A program made the translations under genes and the position numbers. Below, piece by piece: positions 22,888-36,800 of a stretch of 64,000 nucleotides of DNA. The number at the start of each line of letters is the position of its first letter. The stretch's first letter is position 1. The notes under the pieces are model-generated. The model did not search any database, was not told where the DNA came from, and saw only the letters and a program-made list of their open reading frames with translations. Source of the stretch: Selaginella moellendorffii (lineage: Eukaryota; Plantae; Lycopodiophyta); assembly GCF_000143415.4 (NCBI RefSeq), contig NW_003314266.1, forward strand, positions 382,733 to 446,732. The letters are read 5' to 3'.

Positions 22888-25800
22888 TCAAGCTCCTGGT
22901 CCATCTTCCACAGCTATATACATCAAGGAGGCATTGGGCCCGTCACTCCGAGATAGTACACCTTTCAACTGGCTGATATAAAATACCGGATGAATTTTCA
23001 CCCCAGCTGGCAGCCGCACCCTATAAGCCGCTTTACCAATGCGCTCCAGCACTTCATATGGACCAGCATATCGATAGGAAAGTTTATCACTCTTCCCTGT
23101 CCGTAAAGGCACCAAAGTGTTCCGCCGCTCACTTGACGGAAAGATCACTCGCACAAAGACGAGATCACCCACCTTATATTCCCGGAATTGGTGATGCTCA
23201 TTGGCAAAATTCTCCGCTCTATCCTGAGCTGCTTGCAAATTCCGTTCACCACCAAGATCTCATCAAGTTCTGTGGCCAGATCAGTTGCCTCGGAATCAAG
23301 CTTATCTTGAAAGTCCTTACTCAAATGCATCCCAACTCCACTGCTGTTTGAGGATACCTTCCAAACATGGCAAAGTAAAGACTTAGCTTGGTTCCACTGT
23401 GTTGGCTATTGTTGTAAGCAAATTGCACCAACGGAAGATATAAATCCCACTGTCCTTGCTTTTGACCAATGCTATAACGTAGCATATCCTCCACCACCTG
23501 ATTCACACGCTCGGTTTGCCCATCCGTCTGAGGATGATCTCCACTCGAGAGTTTCAAAGTCACTTGCATAGCCTTTGCAAAGCTTTTCCAAAATCCACTG
23601 GTGAACTTTGAATCTCGATCACTAATGATGTTCTCCGGCAAACCAAAATCAAGAAAAACCTTCTCCAAGTAAACCGTAGCCAAGTCTGAGGCAGTGACAT
23701 TCTTCCAAAGAGCCAACAACCGCACATATTTCGTCAACTGATCCACTATGACCCATACTTGCTCCTTTTGCCTCTATGTTCGTGGCAAACAAGTGATGAA
23801 GTCCATAGAGATACTACACCAACGGCTCTGAGGAATAGGTAAAGGTTGCAAAAGTCCCCCCAGCTTCTCCTGTGGCACCTTAACCTGCTGACAAAGCTCG
23901 CATGATTTACAATACTTGAGGATATCAGCCTTCATATTCCTCCAATAAAAGTTGCGCTTAATCAACTCATACGTCTTCTTCCCCCTAAAATGACCGGCCT
24001 CTGGACGATCATGATAGTGGAATAAAACTTGAGTAATTAACGCATCCACCCGTGGCAAATATACATGGCCATTGTAGTAGAGAATCCTATCCACCAATGA
24101 GAAAGGAGCTTCCATCTGGTCTCACAAAGAGGCCACCTCCGCATCCTGAGCCTGAGCATGCTTAACCAACTGCCCAAACTCGCTGACCACCTTACTCAAA
24201 TGATGACAAAATCGTGTTTGTAACGTCGTTATATGACGAACACGAGATAAAGCATCTGCCACCACATTTGATTTTCCCGGACGATGCTCAATAGGAAACT
24301 CCCCAAACTCCATGAGTTTGACCATCCAACAAGCTTGCCAAGTGTTCAACTCCTTCTGTGTGAAAAGATACACAAGAGGTTTGTGATCTATCAACACCAC
24401 GAACACTGCACCATAAAGATAGTGTCGCCACATCCGAAAAGCATGAACAATAGAGAGTAACTCTTGCTCATATGTGGAATAGCGTTGCTCCGCGGAATTC
24501 AAAGTTCGACTCTCATATGCAATATGCTGTCCTTCTTGCATGAGAACTCCTCCCAGTGCATAACCACTCGCATCGCATGTCACCTCGTAAGCTTTCGATG
24601 GATCAGCAATGCGAAGCACTGGAGCCTTGCTCAACAATCGTTTCAGCACCACAAAACTCTCCTCTTGTGGCTGCTTCCACTCGAATGGCACATTCTTGCG
24701 TAACAACTGCGTCAAAGGAATAGCCACCTCAGCAAACATATGCTGGAAATGTCGGTAGTAACTAGCCATACCAAGAAAATTGCACAACTCCACCATTGTA
24801 GTTGGTGTAGGGCAGTTTTTCACCATAGCCACCTTCCTTGGATTTGTCTTGACACCCTTAGATGTCACAATATGGCCTAGATATTCCACCATCGACTTTG
24901 CAAAGTCATATTTTCTCTTCTTCACATAACATTTGTTGTCTCGGAGTAATAAAAGAACCTTGCGCAAATGCACCTTATGCTCCTCCATATTCTTGCTAAA
25001 AACAAGAATATTGTCTAAGAAAATCTTTACAAACTCATGAAGATAACGCCCAAACACTTTCGTCATCAATCAAGTAAATGTGGCTGGTTTATTTGTCAAA
25101 CTAAACGGCATAACTGTAAACTCAAAATGTCCAAAGCTTGTGTTGAATGCCATCTTGGAGATAGATGCATCATCCATTGCAATATGATGATATTCACTCC
25201 TCAAATCAATTTTGGTAAACACTCGTGCTTCACCAAGCTTGTCTAGGATATCATCCACACGTGGCATCGGCATCTTATCCTTCACTGTCTTTTTGTTCAA
25301 AGCGCAGTAGTCAATACACATCTGCATTGAACCGTCCTTCTTCTTCACAAGCAAGACCGGAGCACCAAACGGGGACTTACTTGGCTGAATAAATCCAAAC
25401 TCAAGTAACTCCTTGACTTGTTGTTGAACTTCTTGCTCCTTCGCATAACTTAACTGAAAATGGACACTGGTAAATTGGCTGCGTCCTCGGCTCCAATGTA
25501 ATCCCATGCTCCACACCTCGTAATGGAGGCAACCCATGAGGAAGTTCAGATGGAAAAATATCAGAAACTCATCAAGTACATCCCGTACTACTGCTTCTTC
25601 CCCACACGTGCCTTGGGCCCCCAAGTCACGAATAAACAGCAAGTAACTCGAAAGTGCTTTTCCATTATGACAAGCCCGCTTCAAAGATGTAGCAGAGAGC
25701 ATAACAACTAATGGTTGAATGCCCTCACCAAACCACACATCTTTAATGCCACCATACTCCAGCGAGATATGCTTAATACTCCACTTTATCTCTGGATCCA

Positions 25801-26130
25801 CCTTCACCAACCATGACATCCCAAGAATGAGATCCACATGATAGATATCCGTGAGATAAAAAGTCTCCACAAATGTGGTTTTGCCAACCAACACTTCCAG
25901 CCCTTCGACACAAGCATCGAAATGCTGAGTAGAGGTAGCTGCACCTTCCACTGTGTATGGAAGAACTCAGCGTGTGACCAAGCCATGCTCCGCAACAAAC
26001 TTTGTCGAAACAAAGTTGTCATCGCTCCCACCATCTAGTAAAATCTGCACTAGATCGCCACAGAACACACCCTCCAGCATTAAAGCTGATTCATGTGTAT
26101 CCTTGAGCTCCATCTTGTTCCACACACAAT
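22888..26130 (-). pseudogene. pol: Gypsy pol (protease, RT, RNase H, integrase) with stops and frameshifts
   Basis: LLDGGSDDNF; [26 protein letters not shown]; CDASGYALGGVL; ISMDFIT; SDRDSKFTSGFW; HPQTDGQTERVNQ; GPY motif. Confidence 0.92.
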
Positions 26131-26279
26131 TGAGCTGATGAGCAACAATCGAAAGTCTCTTCCTCCGACTGGAATGGTTGTTCTCGTCATCCTCACGCTG
26201 CAAAGTTTGTAACTTTTTAGTATCTGATTTACCGTGAGAAGAAGATTGGCTATTCTTCTTGTCCTGCTACTTATTCTTC

Positions 26280-27200
26280 AACTACGGACAATCAGCTTTG
26301 TAGTGTCCAAGTTCGCCGCAATGATGACAACCCTATCTATAATTCTTCACAAAGAACTTTTGCTTCTTGGACCCCTTTGCATCCTAAGTAGTCACCACCG
26401 ACTTCAATTTGTGATGCTTGTTCCCATCCTTGTGTCCACGGCAATCATCACGACGATTCTTGATAGGACTTCGCGAACGCTTGCGAGACTTGTGCTTATC
26501 ATTGTCAAGTCGACGAGCTGCATCAAAGAGCTCCTCCAAACTCTTTATAGGCTGAGAATGACGCAAGTATTGCCGCATGCTCTCACTATATAGGCCATCA
26601 ATGAAGTAGGACTTGTTCTGATCCGGATCCTTTGTTAGAACACGACTAATCAAGCGAGTAAGCTTCTCAATATAGTCCCCGAGTGTCATTTTCCCTTGCT
26701 GGAAATGTCGAAGTTCTGTACGAGCATTCTCCATGTCGTAATGAGGGGCAAAACGTAAATGGAAAGCAGCCTCAAACTCATCCATGGTAGACACTGGTGG
26801 TTTCTTATCTGCAACACGGGACTCCTCAAGCCAATTCCACCATCGAAGACCCGTATCACGCAAAACCATCAGATCAGCCACTAAAGCCTTTGCATCTGGA
26901 GTTCCTCTAGCAGCCAAGAACTTCTTCACATTGGCTAGCCAAGCAAGACACTTGTCCACACCACCATCACCGGAAAAAGTTGGAATTTTGAGTCGATCTA
27001 CCAAAGAAGGCTTACTTGGAGCGCTACCCCATCCAGCCTCGAGTGCCTCAACACGCCCACACATGGTATTCATCATGCCATGCATCTCGTCTTGCATCTC
27101 TTGCTGATTTCGATTAAGGGCTCGCAGCTCATGAACCACATCTTGAATAGTCCAAATCTCCGCAGCTTCATTGGCACCATCGTCGGCACCACCATTGACA
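26280..27200 (-). pseudogene. gag: Gypsy gag with CCHC knuckle
   Basis: IPTFSG...WL...ALRWW-like, ELRHFQQG..LGDYIEK; CHHCGELGHYKADC at ~26285-26330. Confidence 0.85.
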
Positions 27201-29085
27201 ATAGGATTCCAGCATTCAGCTTGGTCGGCTATCGCAACCAACTCCTCTGATACCAATGTTATGATCCGGCACAAAAAGACAGAGATCTAGTCGCCCTAGA
27301 CTATGCTACGCCACCTCTTGAGGTTCCTCACCACCCAACCACCCCCGAGCTACCTCAAAAGCTCCACTACGCCGCCGCTCCACTATGAGCCCTAGGGTAG
27401 GTTAAGTCCTTTACCCTAACATGCCTTAATATACCCTTGAGCCTCCCTTTGACCGACGTTGACCACGTAGTCAAAGCTGGCGCCTAACAGACTGTTAGTA
27501 GTAATTTTATTCCAGCTTGACGAGATGCTCGTGAAGAGGAGTTGGAAGAACTCTCATCGACAATATAGCATATGATGGTAACATATTATTTATTGCTTTT
27601 TTCATTCACTTAGCTCCTTTATAGGTTTGTCCTGTATCCCCAATAACACAACGAGGCATTGTGGGTATCTTTATTAGCTCTTACAGTAGATTTTTGACAT
27701 CTTTCATGGAAGACAACATCAACATGAATATACAGTGTCAGTTCAACCGTTAGTGCCAAAAGATACAAAGGCCCTTGCTCCCAATTGCAAACTTCATTCT
27801 CTTCGACTTTCCAGATGGTCTTTCAGATATCGATGGGAAAGTTGAGGATTGGAACTTTCTCACACCTAACCACATACACAATGGATTCTTATTGTCCAAA
27901 GCATTTATGCTCGAAGTTGGCCATGTCATCTTCATCCTACCGAACGACCCCAACTGGATGTATGAGCTTATGACATGTGTAGCAAAAGTTCATTTCAAGT
28001 CATTCTCTTCCAAATGCAGCATGGATCCTATTGGCGTCGATATGAGGGGCATCCAAGGGAAGTCTGAAAAGGTGAGTATGTATTTTATATTTTTATCTAA
28101 TTTCTAAACATTTTTATTTTTCAGGTTATGATGTGAACCTATCATACCTTCCGCAGAAATACACATGATGGGTTTCATGATAGCGAACGTGCAACATGTG
28201 TTTTGCTTGGGTACGATAGTTCCACTAACATCATACCCAACTTTGTGGATGAGCAAATCCGCAACACGTTTCCAGAGTATTGATTTCAAACTCCATTGGC
28301 AATGCAAGTCTTGCTTGAGCTCTATTGCCCATCAGATGGTGTTGTGATTGATTGCATAGCAGGTAGCGGTTTTATGATGGAGGCAACACATGACTCTGGT
28401 AGGTCGGTGTTTGCTATTGAAGAACATCATTTCTTCAAACACCAGCTCAAAGGATTTTGTGAGTTGCCTCCAACTTCAAGGATGTAAATTATGTTTATTA
28501 AAATTTCAATATATGTTTAATTCTATTTTATAGATCACTGTCACCTAGAGTTTCTAGAATTGGAGGCTTTGGAAGTCTCCTTGACTATGCAGGAGCTATG
28601 ACTCAACATATGCAAAGTGAATCTTCCCCACAATACCAATATAGGAGGAAGCATAAAAGAAATCATTATATTGATGATGAGGCAGAAGAAAATTAATTGC
28701 ATCCTTATATAAAATGAAAAGCTTGTTATATATCAAATGTCAGTGAAAGTGTTAGATGTCAGTAAAAGTGTCAGATGTCAGTGTCAGTGTCAAATATCAT
28801 AATTGCAAATTATCATTCTCACCTACCACCATCACTTTGTAGCGCTTGTGTTTTGCTATCTCCTCCTTCAACATTTTGTAAACAATTGTATATGATATAA
28901 TAGCACCTTCTAAAACAAAGTATGTTACCTACAACTAATATCATTTTATTATATTTTTTCTTTTAATAGTGACAATACTATAGTATAGTAAAGTAATTCT
29001 AGATCTTACATTCCACTATAGGGTGGCCTAAAAACCCTATATTTTGCATTAGCTAATGCAGTGTTTCCCAAGAGGATGTTGTTCT

Positions 29086-29500
29086 TCACCATGAAGTGCG
29101 TAATTCATTCTTGAATCTATTGTACATCCACACGTGCATATTTTCCAAACCCGCCGTTAGGCAATTCTTATAGTGCTCAAGAAAAGTTTGTAAACCCATA
29201 GAGCCATTTGTCTTGTCCAAGAAAAAATAACATATTAAACACCGAATGTAATAGCGTTCTATGCTTTCAAGTAGTCTTGCCATAACATGAGCAAGATCTT
29301 GCAAAAACATGTGGCATTGCTCTTGAAGCGCTAGAGGCAATCCCTCTCTAGTAGCAAGATTCGGAATTTCACATATAAGGAGCTCTAATTTAGCTTCACT
29401 AGAGCCCTCAGCAGAAAAAGGATTGTTATGTGGAGGTGAAGGTGGAATGTTAGTAGAACTTAGGGATGCAAGTGGAAATTGATATGAAATGCTAAGGGGC
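29086..29500 (-). other. Possible short gene fragment of unknown function, probably belonging to the outer element
   Basis: 84-aa ORF plus an upstream Pro/Ser-rich in-frame segment in otherwise AT-rich DNA; no recognised motif. Confidence 0.25.
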
Positions 29501-30150
29501 CAAGTACAAGTAGTAATGACTTTCCTTCAAGCCATTTCAATACAAACTTCCAAGGAGCTCAAGGAGAACAAAAAAACTACGATAACTATAACTTTTTTAA
29601 ATAGTTCATATACTAAGTTTTAGTCTTGGGAATGAGGTTTATTTAGTATGACACTGACAATACTTAAATTCTTTAAATGTCAATCTTGGAAATGGGGCTT
29701 CATAATACTAGCTTGCTTGTAAACATAAGAGCTTCTAGAATTTTAGATTATCGTGTATACATATGCTCTATCATTATGATGAAATCCTACTTTACTACAC
29801 ATATATTCTTTTCTACACATGCCAAATGTCTAAGGAAATAAATTGCAAGGAAATATAGACTATATTATAGTGGTAGAGCACATTAGCACGCTACCATTCT
29901 CTCGTGTGAGATTGCCTTTCAATCTTGGAAATGTAGATAAAGTTGATTCTTTGATATGATATTACTTTTGAGTCTTTCGAAATATTTCGATTTCTTTTAT
30001 TATTATTTACAAACAACTCTCGAAAACTTTTAATGAGGATTCATTGCAAAAATATACCTTGGTCTTATCATATGAGAGGATTGCGATATAGACAGGCAAC
30101 AGAGTTTTTAATATGAATTAATATGTAAATTACAAATGTCATGGAAAGTT

Positions 30151-30400
30151 TTATAGAGTAGATTTTTTGATGCTTTCCACTGTGCTGTTCATTTCTTCAT
30201 TTCTCTTGCCCTGAACTGTTGTTTCAGAAGTAACAAAAGCATTTTCATCAATCATGATAGTGGTCTTCACATTCCCAGATGGGTAATAAGGACTAAGAGT
30301 GTAATATGGAGATTGTGGTAGTGAAACAAAATTAGTATTTTCACATTCCTTTGCATTACAACTCTTACTCACAGATCTTGTATTTTCCTTGCTTCCCATC
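30151..30400 (-). CDS. Small ORF homologous to 2470-2728
   Basis: VSLPQSPYYTL...DENAFVTSETTVQGK versus ISLPNSPYYTP...IENALVTSETTIQSK. Confidence 0.55.
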
Positions 30401-30751
30401 TTCTCAAGAACCCTAAAAAATCTTTTGAATGAAGGAATAGTATCTATAGCTGTAAAAGTATTCAAAATATTAAGTAGTCAAATCAAAATATGACAGCTGT
30501 AACAGCTGTCATAATAAAATAATATAGCTTTATAAAAGATAGGTTCTCATGAACTTTGTCTTTTTTAAACAATTTAATCTTATAGAAACTTTTAACTCAA
30601 ATATTTACGTATTTAAATATTTTAAAGTTTGCTAGAACCTTCATTTGTTCAATTTAGATTTCCTTTGTAATACTTCTTATTGACTATGTTAACTTGAGTT
30701 GACTTGTGCTAAATTGAGCTCAACTCAACTTTGGACCATCCCCACAATTTA

Positions 30752-31990
30752 GTTCCATTCCATATTTAGTAAATTTCAAGTTAGTCCTAGAGACTAACTC
30801 CTGGTATTAGGGGTGGCTAAGAATGAAAGTCCAAAGCATATGTTCCTCCAAGAAGGGGGGGGGAAGGGGTTAGGGGGGAGGGCGAGGGAGGAGGGGGGGA
30901 GGGTGGGTATGGCCGACCAACTTAAGGCATAGTGTAACTTCTTTTTGTGTGGTTGTCTTTGTTCTGTGCCCGACTTAGGGCTAAGCCCAAGTTCCATACC
31001 ATGTTAGTTGGTGGAATACCCATATTCTCATATTAGACCATTAGTATGTTGAAATAACATCAAACTTTGTTTGGCTCCATTTTGCATATTAGTCCTGGCA
31101 TTGGGATACTAGATGCTCTAGGACTGTTCTAAGTCGTTTCGTGCTCGTATCCTTTCACTTTTTAGACTGTATACTTCAAAATTGTTCCATGATCCGGTTT
31201 TGTCACTCCTTAGCTCCATGCTTAGAAGTTTGGCTCTGTTCCTTCTTTTAGTGGCCTAAGACCCTAAAACTCAGGTTCCACTCTGCTGTTCTTTGGAGAT
31301 GTGGCATGTGGCACATGGAATGTGACACATGGCATATAAAGGGTTTACGTTCTACTTTATGGTTATCCTATGGTAAATCACCATAGAATAAAGAGTGAAA
31401 ACCATGTGTGTTACATTTAGCATCAAAGAATATATCTCAACAAGTACTATCCAATGAGATTGGGTAACTAGTCTTATTACATATGCAGAGATGAAAACAA
31501 TGATCCGAATGGATACATGTTTGGGTGCTAAAATTTTGTATTTGTTCCTTAGGTATGGATTTTGGTTACCTTATATACCACATTATGTGAGCTTGCTCTT
31601 GGGCTCATAAAAAAGATTGAGTTGTTCTGTTTGCACAAGTTTGTGCTTGGGCTCGTGAGTGAGGCACATTAGCAATTCAAGGTTACACTTTGAGTTGACA
31701 AGATTAAGTTAGCCTATTGGTGATTCTGTGAATTGTTCTATGTACCATGGGAAAAAGTAAACCTCCGCTGGGTTTGCTATGAGTGGCGAATAGGCTAGTT
31801 CATAATTGTTTAGCACGGCACTAATGGATCCTTCTTAGGCATATTTATAAGTGGATCAATCAAGCCTATAGGGATTAGTCTATTAGTTCAAATAGTCATT
31901 GCCATACTCTCTCATAAACTTTTCTTGGATTGAACTAAATGCAATGCAAAAGTAAGCTTGAGGTTTGGTCAAAGATAAGACTAAAAAGAA
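30752..31990. repeat. LTR-like non-coding repeat family member
   Basis: 30752-31415 is similar to 40265-40930; ~30900-31990 is similar in reverse orientation to 57470-59370. Confidence 0.7.
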
Positions 31991-32063
31991 AGTCCTCAAA
32001 GACAAAAGATCAAACATGTAAATTATTTTCTCTTCTTGGAGAGATGATTTGCAATGAGGTGTG

Positions 32064-33797
32064 TGTGAGACACAAAATCCCTAGGCCCCAAAGTGAAGCC
32101 GGAAGGGTGCCACGTGGTAGTAGCCGAAGCGAAAGCCAAACGAGCGTAATGCGTTTGGACTAAAAGCTCTGATTTGAAAGGTCAAGAGCGGGAGTGGAAC
32201 TCCCAACAAAGTGCTCGAGGAATGAGCATGAAGCGAGCAATAAGCGAGGCTCTAAAAAGGGACCCAAAAGGACCAACACATGACACGTGGAAGTGTCCGA
32301 GATGGACCCGAGATGGAGTCCGAGATGGACCGAGACGGAGTCCGAGATGGAGTCCGAGATGGAGTCCGAGATGGAGTCCGAGACAGAGTCCGAGACGGAG
32401 TCCGAGATGGATCCGAGATGGAGTATGAGATGGAGTCCGAGATGGACCCGAGATGGAGTCTGAGATGGATCCGAGATGGAGTATGAGATGGAGTCCGAGA
32501 TGGACCCGAGATGGAGTCCGAGATGGACCCAAGATAGAGTCCGAGATGGAGTCCAAGATGGACCGAGACAGAGTCCGAGATGGACCCGAGATGGAATCCG
32601 AGATGGAGACCGAGAAGGACCCGAGATGGAGTCAGAATTCGAGACCGAGACCGGGACCGGGACCGGGACTGAGACCGAGACCGAGACCGAGATCGGGACT
32701 GAGACCGAGACTGAGGCTGAGGCCGAGACCAAGCCCGAACCCGAGTCCGAGTCCGAGTCTGAGTCTGAGTCTGAGTCCGAGTCCGAGTCCGAGTTCGAGT
32801 CTGAGAGGGTGAAAGCCCAAAGCATTCATCTCCCAGACCCTGGGGGGTTTGGTGAACCCCAAAAGTATAGTAGGGAGGACTGCAGTGGAGCCAGTTTGGC
32901 CAGGAAAGGCCAGTTTTGCCTTGGAAGGCTGTACCCAGTGTTGGGTGATGAGCTGCCCACTGGGAAGTCCAAGACTAGAGTGAACACGGACCGACAAGCG
33001 GGGTAGCTTGGTGAAGTGTTCAAGAGCCGACTCTAGTTCCCCCGGGAGATTGACTAGCCGATGCTCCTAGTCCAAGTGTGGGTGGCATTACCTACTTGGA
33101 TACCGGGTGTGGCTCAACGGAACCTTGCTCTAAGCCCACAGCTAGAGCACCCAAATGCGGAAGGCGGGGAGAGTACCTACGAGGCTCGCGTAAGGCCACG
33201 GTGTTCCGAAATGTTGCCCCAAGGTCCCAGACTGTGAAAAGGAAGAGGAGCCGTCCTATAGTGTAGAGACCAAGGATACGGTCATGTGAGGAGGAAGTCC
33301 TAGAGGACCGTAGGACTTAGTGGTCGGGCTTGTGGGCCTTGGTCTAATGGCAGTGTTGGCGAACACGGCCATGGGCAGAAAGGGATTTGGTGGGGACCGG
33401 AAAGGGGATATTGGGGAAGGTTATTCCCCATGTTTATGGGCATCCTAAAAATGCTAAGGAGTGGATCTGGGATGATCACTCATGGATGGATGGCCTAGTC
33501 TTTGAGAGACGAGACTGTGATGTAGGTGGTGTCAGACCACCGATATGACCAAGATGAATGAGCATGGCCTTAGCGTAACGGGCCAATATGTCGGTGGTAC
33601 CTTGGGGTGTCGGTCATGGGATCGGACACGTGGAGCACTTGGACCAAGTGCAAAGGTTGAGTGGCAGGGATGCCATTCTTGGGGCTAGCAAGCCCAAGTC
33701 CAAAATAGGACATATGGAGGTTGTGAGTGAGACTCCTCTAAGTGGTCGGAGGTGTGGTTAAGTGACTAAAGTAGAATGAAAAATTTAGTCGATTACA
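32064..33797 (+). mobile_element. 5' LTR of the same family as the solo LTR 7771-9515, followed by a PBS
   Basis: TGTGAGACAC...ATTACA termini, then TGGTATCGGAGC at 33801-33812; internal GAGATGGAGTCC minisatellite. Confidence 0.88.
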
Positions 33798-33800
33798 ACT

Positions 33801-36800
33801 TGGTATCGGAGCAGTTCCTTAGTTCGACTTTTATTAGTGCTCAAGTATATCACCATTGATATTGGCATCGGAAGGTCCTAAGTGTGGGCCTATCCTTGAG
33901 GAGTAGCATGTCGAGAGGACATGGCTCTCCACTCAAGTTCATGCGTGAACTTGGGCGCGATGTGTGGATAGAAAAAGGGCTAGTAAGGGAACGACTTTGG
34001 GATTTTGGGAACAGTATAAGGGTTTCCTTAAAGGGTTGAGGATGTGATCTATATGAGTGTTTGAAATAGCCAACTGGCTAATGTAGTTGTGATAAACAAC
34101 TATAGTTGGGATCACGGGAAAGATAGAGACTCCAAAGCAATAAAAGAGTCATAAGATTATCCTTATATAGTTGAGGTTGGTGCTCATGAATGTGAGACCA
34201 GAAGTAATGACCGCGGAAGGTCAAATATGGAAAAGGACACAAGTCCTTGAAATGGTAGCTAGAGCTACCTCTAATAAATGCTAGAACAACCCAAGGAGTT
34301 GGGGATGTACTCAGAGAATGAGTTGGTATTCTCATCACATGGACAATTGGTCTTAAGGGGCAAAAAATTGCCCCAAGGAAACAAATCAAGTGTCGGAGTA
34401 ACACTTGCAAGGATGGTCCTTGTGAGTAGGACTTGAATACAAGAAGTTGTATTCCAATGAGTTGGCACCTCAAAGGTAGGACCTCACGGGTCGTCGGATG
34501 AAAAAGTCCAAAAAGCTGGATAACTCAAATAAAGTTAAGGAATAATCCTAAAGGATTGATGGAAGCATTTGGACTGAGGTGTGTTGTACCCTACAAAGGA
34601 TGGGGGGGGGGATCATAGGATCCAAGTATGAGAACAGAGGGTATCTCATTGATGGCAGAATGTGCCATACTAAAGCCATGGGAAAGGTGTTTCCCAAAAA
34701 GAAAGCAACTTTGGCATCAAGTTGTGTGTGAACACTATGGTGTAGTGCTAATTGATAGTTAGTATGAAAAACGACTGCTTTGGTCTTGGCAAAGACCTAG
34801 ACACAAGTAAGAAATGTCATAGAGGTAGACTCGTGGAGCCGTTGGTGTGGAGACACCAAATATGCCAAAGTGAGATACCTTAAGGTTATGTTGATGGGTT
34901 CATAGGAACCCCTTGCCAAGGGAATGGCATAGCCTAAGCCGGAAGGCATGTGGTTGGAGTGTGGTGACCCAAATAATGATGGAGGTGTGGAAGCACTAAG
35001 CAATGAGTTGTAGGACTTGACAATTATGGGGCAACTAAGTAAAGGGTGCAAGATAATTGGTTAAATGGGTAAAAGGTAGCTACCCAAAATAAGGAAGTTA
35101 AATATACCATTACGAGGGATAAATTGTTTATGTTGCAATATAGAGAATCAATGTCGAAAAAGGAAATGCTCATTGTCAAGAAGACTATCATTGAGACACC
35201 CAAACACTCTGGAACACCAGGAGGTGGTGGTTAGTTTCATAAGGGCAATAGATAAAGCCCAAGGGACTAAATCCCTAGCAAATGATGGATAGGAGATGCC
35301 ATCCAAACGTCCAAGGTTGTGGAGACGGGAGGAATCCGTCTACCCGATTTGGACAAAGCCAAAGATGGGATTTTGGCAAGGTTAGTGATGGGCATATCGA
35401 GGCCCATAAGTAGCAACGGTAATCCCGGTATGTGGGATTATAAGTTGAGCATGCCTAAATTGAGGAACCACTCCCTAAACTATCGGGTAAGTTCATTCCT
35501 ATGATTACTTGCTAAGGCATGGTAAAATGTGCAAAGCTATCTTCCTAGTTTTGAGGAGAATAACGAAAGGAAACATATGGGGCCAAAAGGCAAGTAGTAT
35601 TGGGATGAAACTGAACCATAGAAATTGAAGGACATAACCAATGGTGGTTATGTAAGTTGGGAGTGGAAAATCAAGAGGGTTCTCGAGGATGTTGTTACTA
35701 GCAACCGCGGTGCCATGGAAAGTCTAAAATGTGGAATTATCTATGTTGGATCATATGGTGAGTAGGGAGCTTGCAAAGGAGAAGCCTTAGCAAGCTAAGG
35801 AACAGAGTTCTTTGGAGTTTCCCAAAGACAATTTTAGGTAAATAAGTACCTAGAAAGCCAAGTGTAAATAGTTCCTAGAGCGCGCGAAATCAGAGTGGCG
35901 CAGCAGAAGCGTGGTCTTGAAACTGGCTATGAAGCAAGGCTATCAAGGTTGGGGAAATAGTTCCCGAGTGTTCAAAGAGAGGGCTTTGAACAAAAGTCGA
36001 TGGTTAAGGACTTTCACGCTTATGCATAAACCATGTTACGGTGGCCGGATGACTTGCTAAGTGAGATTGGCGAGTCAGGGGAACAAATCTCCTAGTTGAA
36101 GGTGCTAACTTCAAAAGGGATGGCCCATGGGGCCGAGCATGGAGGAGTCTATGCATGATCATAGACTTGTCAAGTGAGAGGACTTGGCAGTACGGAGGAA
36201 CTAAGTTCCTAAGCTGTGATCTATAGCGCGCTTTAAGTATAAGTTGGTGCACCGGCGTGGGGAGTCACACCAGGCATCCTCTGTGATGCCATCCGTAGAT
36301 GCATATACGGAGGTTGGGTTCGAGTCTCAACCCTCTAGTGTTTGGGTTCGAGTCCCAAATCACTAGGGCGTGGTGATGGTTTGGAATATGAGGACACTCA
36401 TTTTTTGGTGGTCATGGACTCTCAGTGAGGAGACTGGTTTGGGCACACCGCCAAGTGAGGGATGCCTCAGAGTCGTGATGCACAGTTAGATTGTTTAGTG
36501 TGGCTCGGCATATCTAACTTGAACACTTGGTGCAAGTGGCACCAAGGACATGGTGAATGAGATGGGGACACCAAGTCTCAGTTGCTATGGACCCTTAGCC
36601 AAAAGGGCTGGCTTGAGTGCACCGCCAAATGTGGGGGATGCCCCCGGGGTCATGGTCAACAATTTAAAGGTCTGGAAGACTTAATACCTATTGGCAAACT
36701 TGTTAAGGTGCCAAAACGTGATCACTAGGTGATCTTATGGTTAAAAATAAGGACAAGGTCCTTATAAGGTTAAAGGATAAAGTTCCTAGTTCAAAGTGTT

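Larger units (their letters stand above)
22581..27489 (-). mobile_element. Ty3/Gypsy LTR retrotransposon, full length, mutated
   Basis: 233-bp LTRs at 22581-22813 and 27257-27489 (TGTTA...TAACA). tRNA-iMet PBS TGGTATCAGAG (minus strand, 27245-27255). PPT next to 22814. Order gag-PR-RT-RH-INT. TSD imperfect (GACAA/GACTG). Confidence 0.95.
20200..28700 (+). pseudogene. ParB-like + beta-class N4C/N6A DNA methyltransferase-like gene (outer element), degenerate and interrupted by Gypsy
   Basis: Pro-rich N-terminus (20253-20534); ParB/Srx motif FQIIDGNHQYGAW (~20990-21030). After the Gypsy: ANFILFDFPDGL (position of motif IV, DPPY) at ~27790 and FQTPLAMQVLLELYCPSDGVVIDCIAGSGFMMEATHDSGRSVFAIE (motifs X-I-II) at 28280-28420. 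In-frame stops and short introns. Outer boundaries approximate. Confidence 0.72.
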
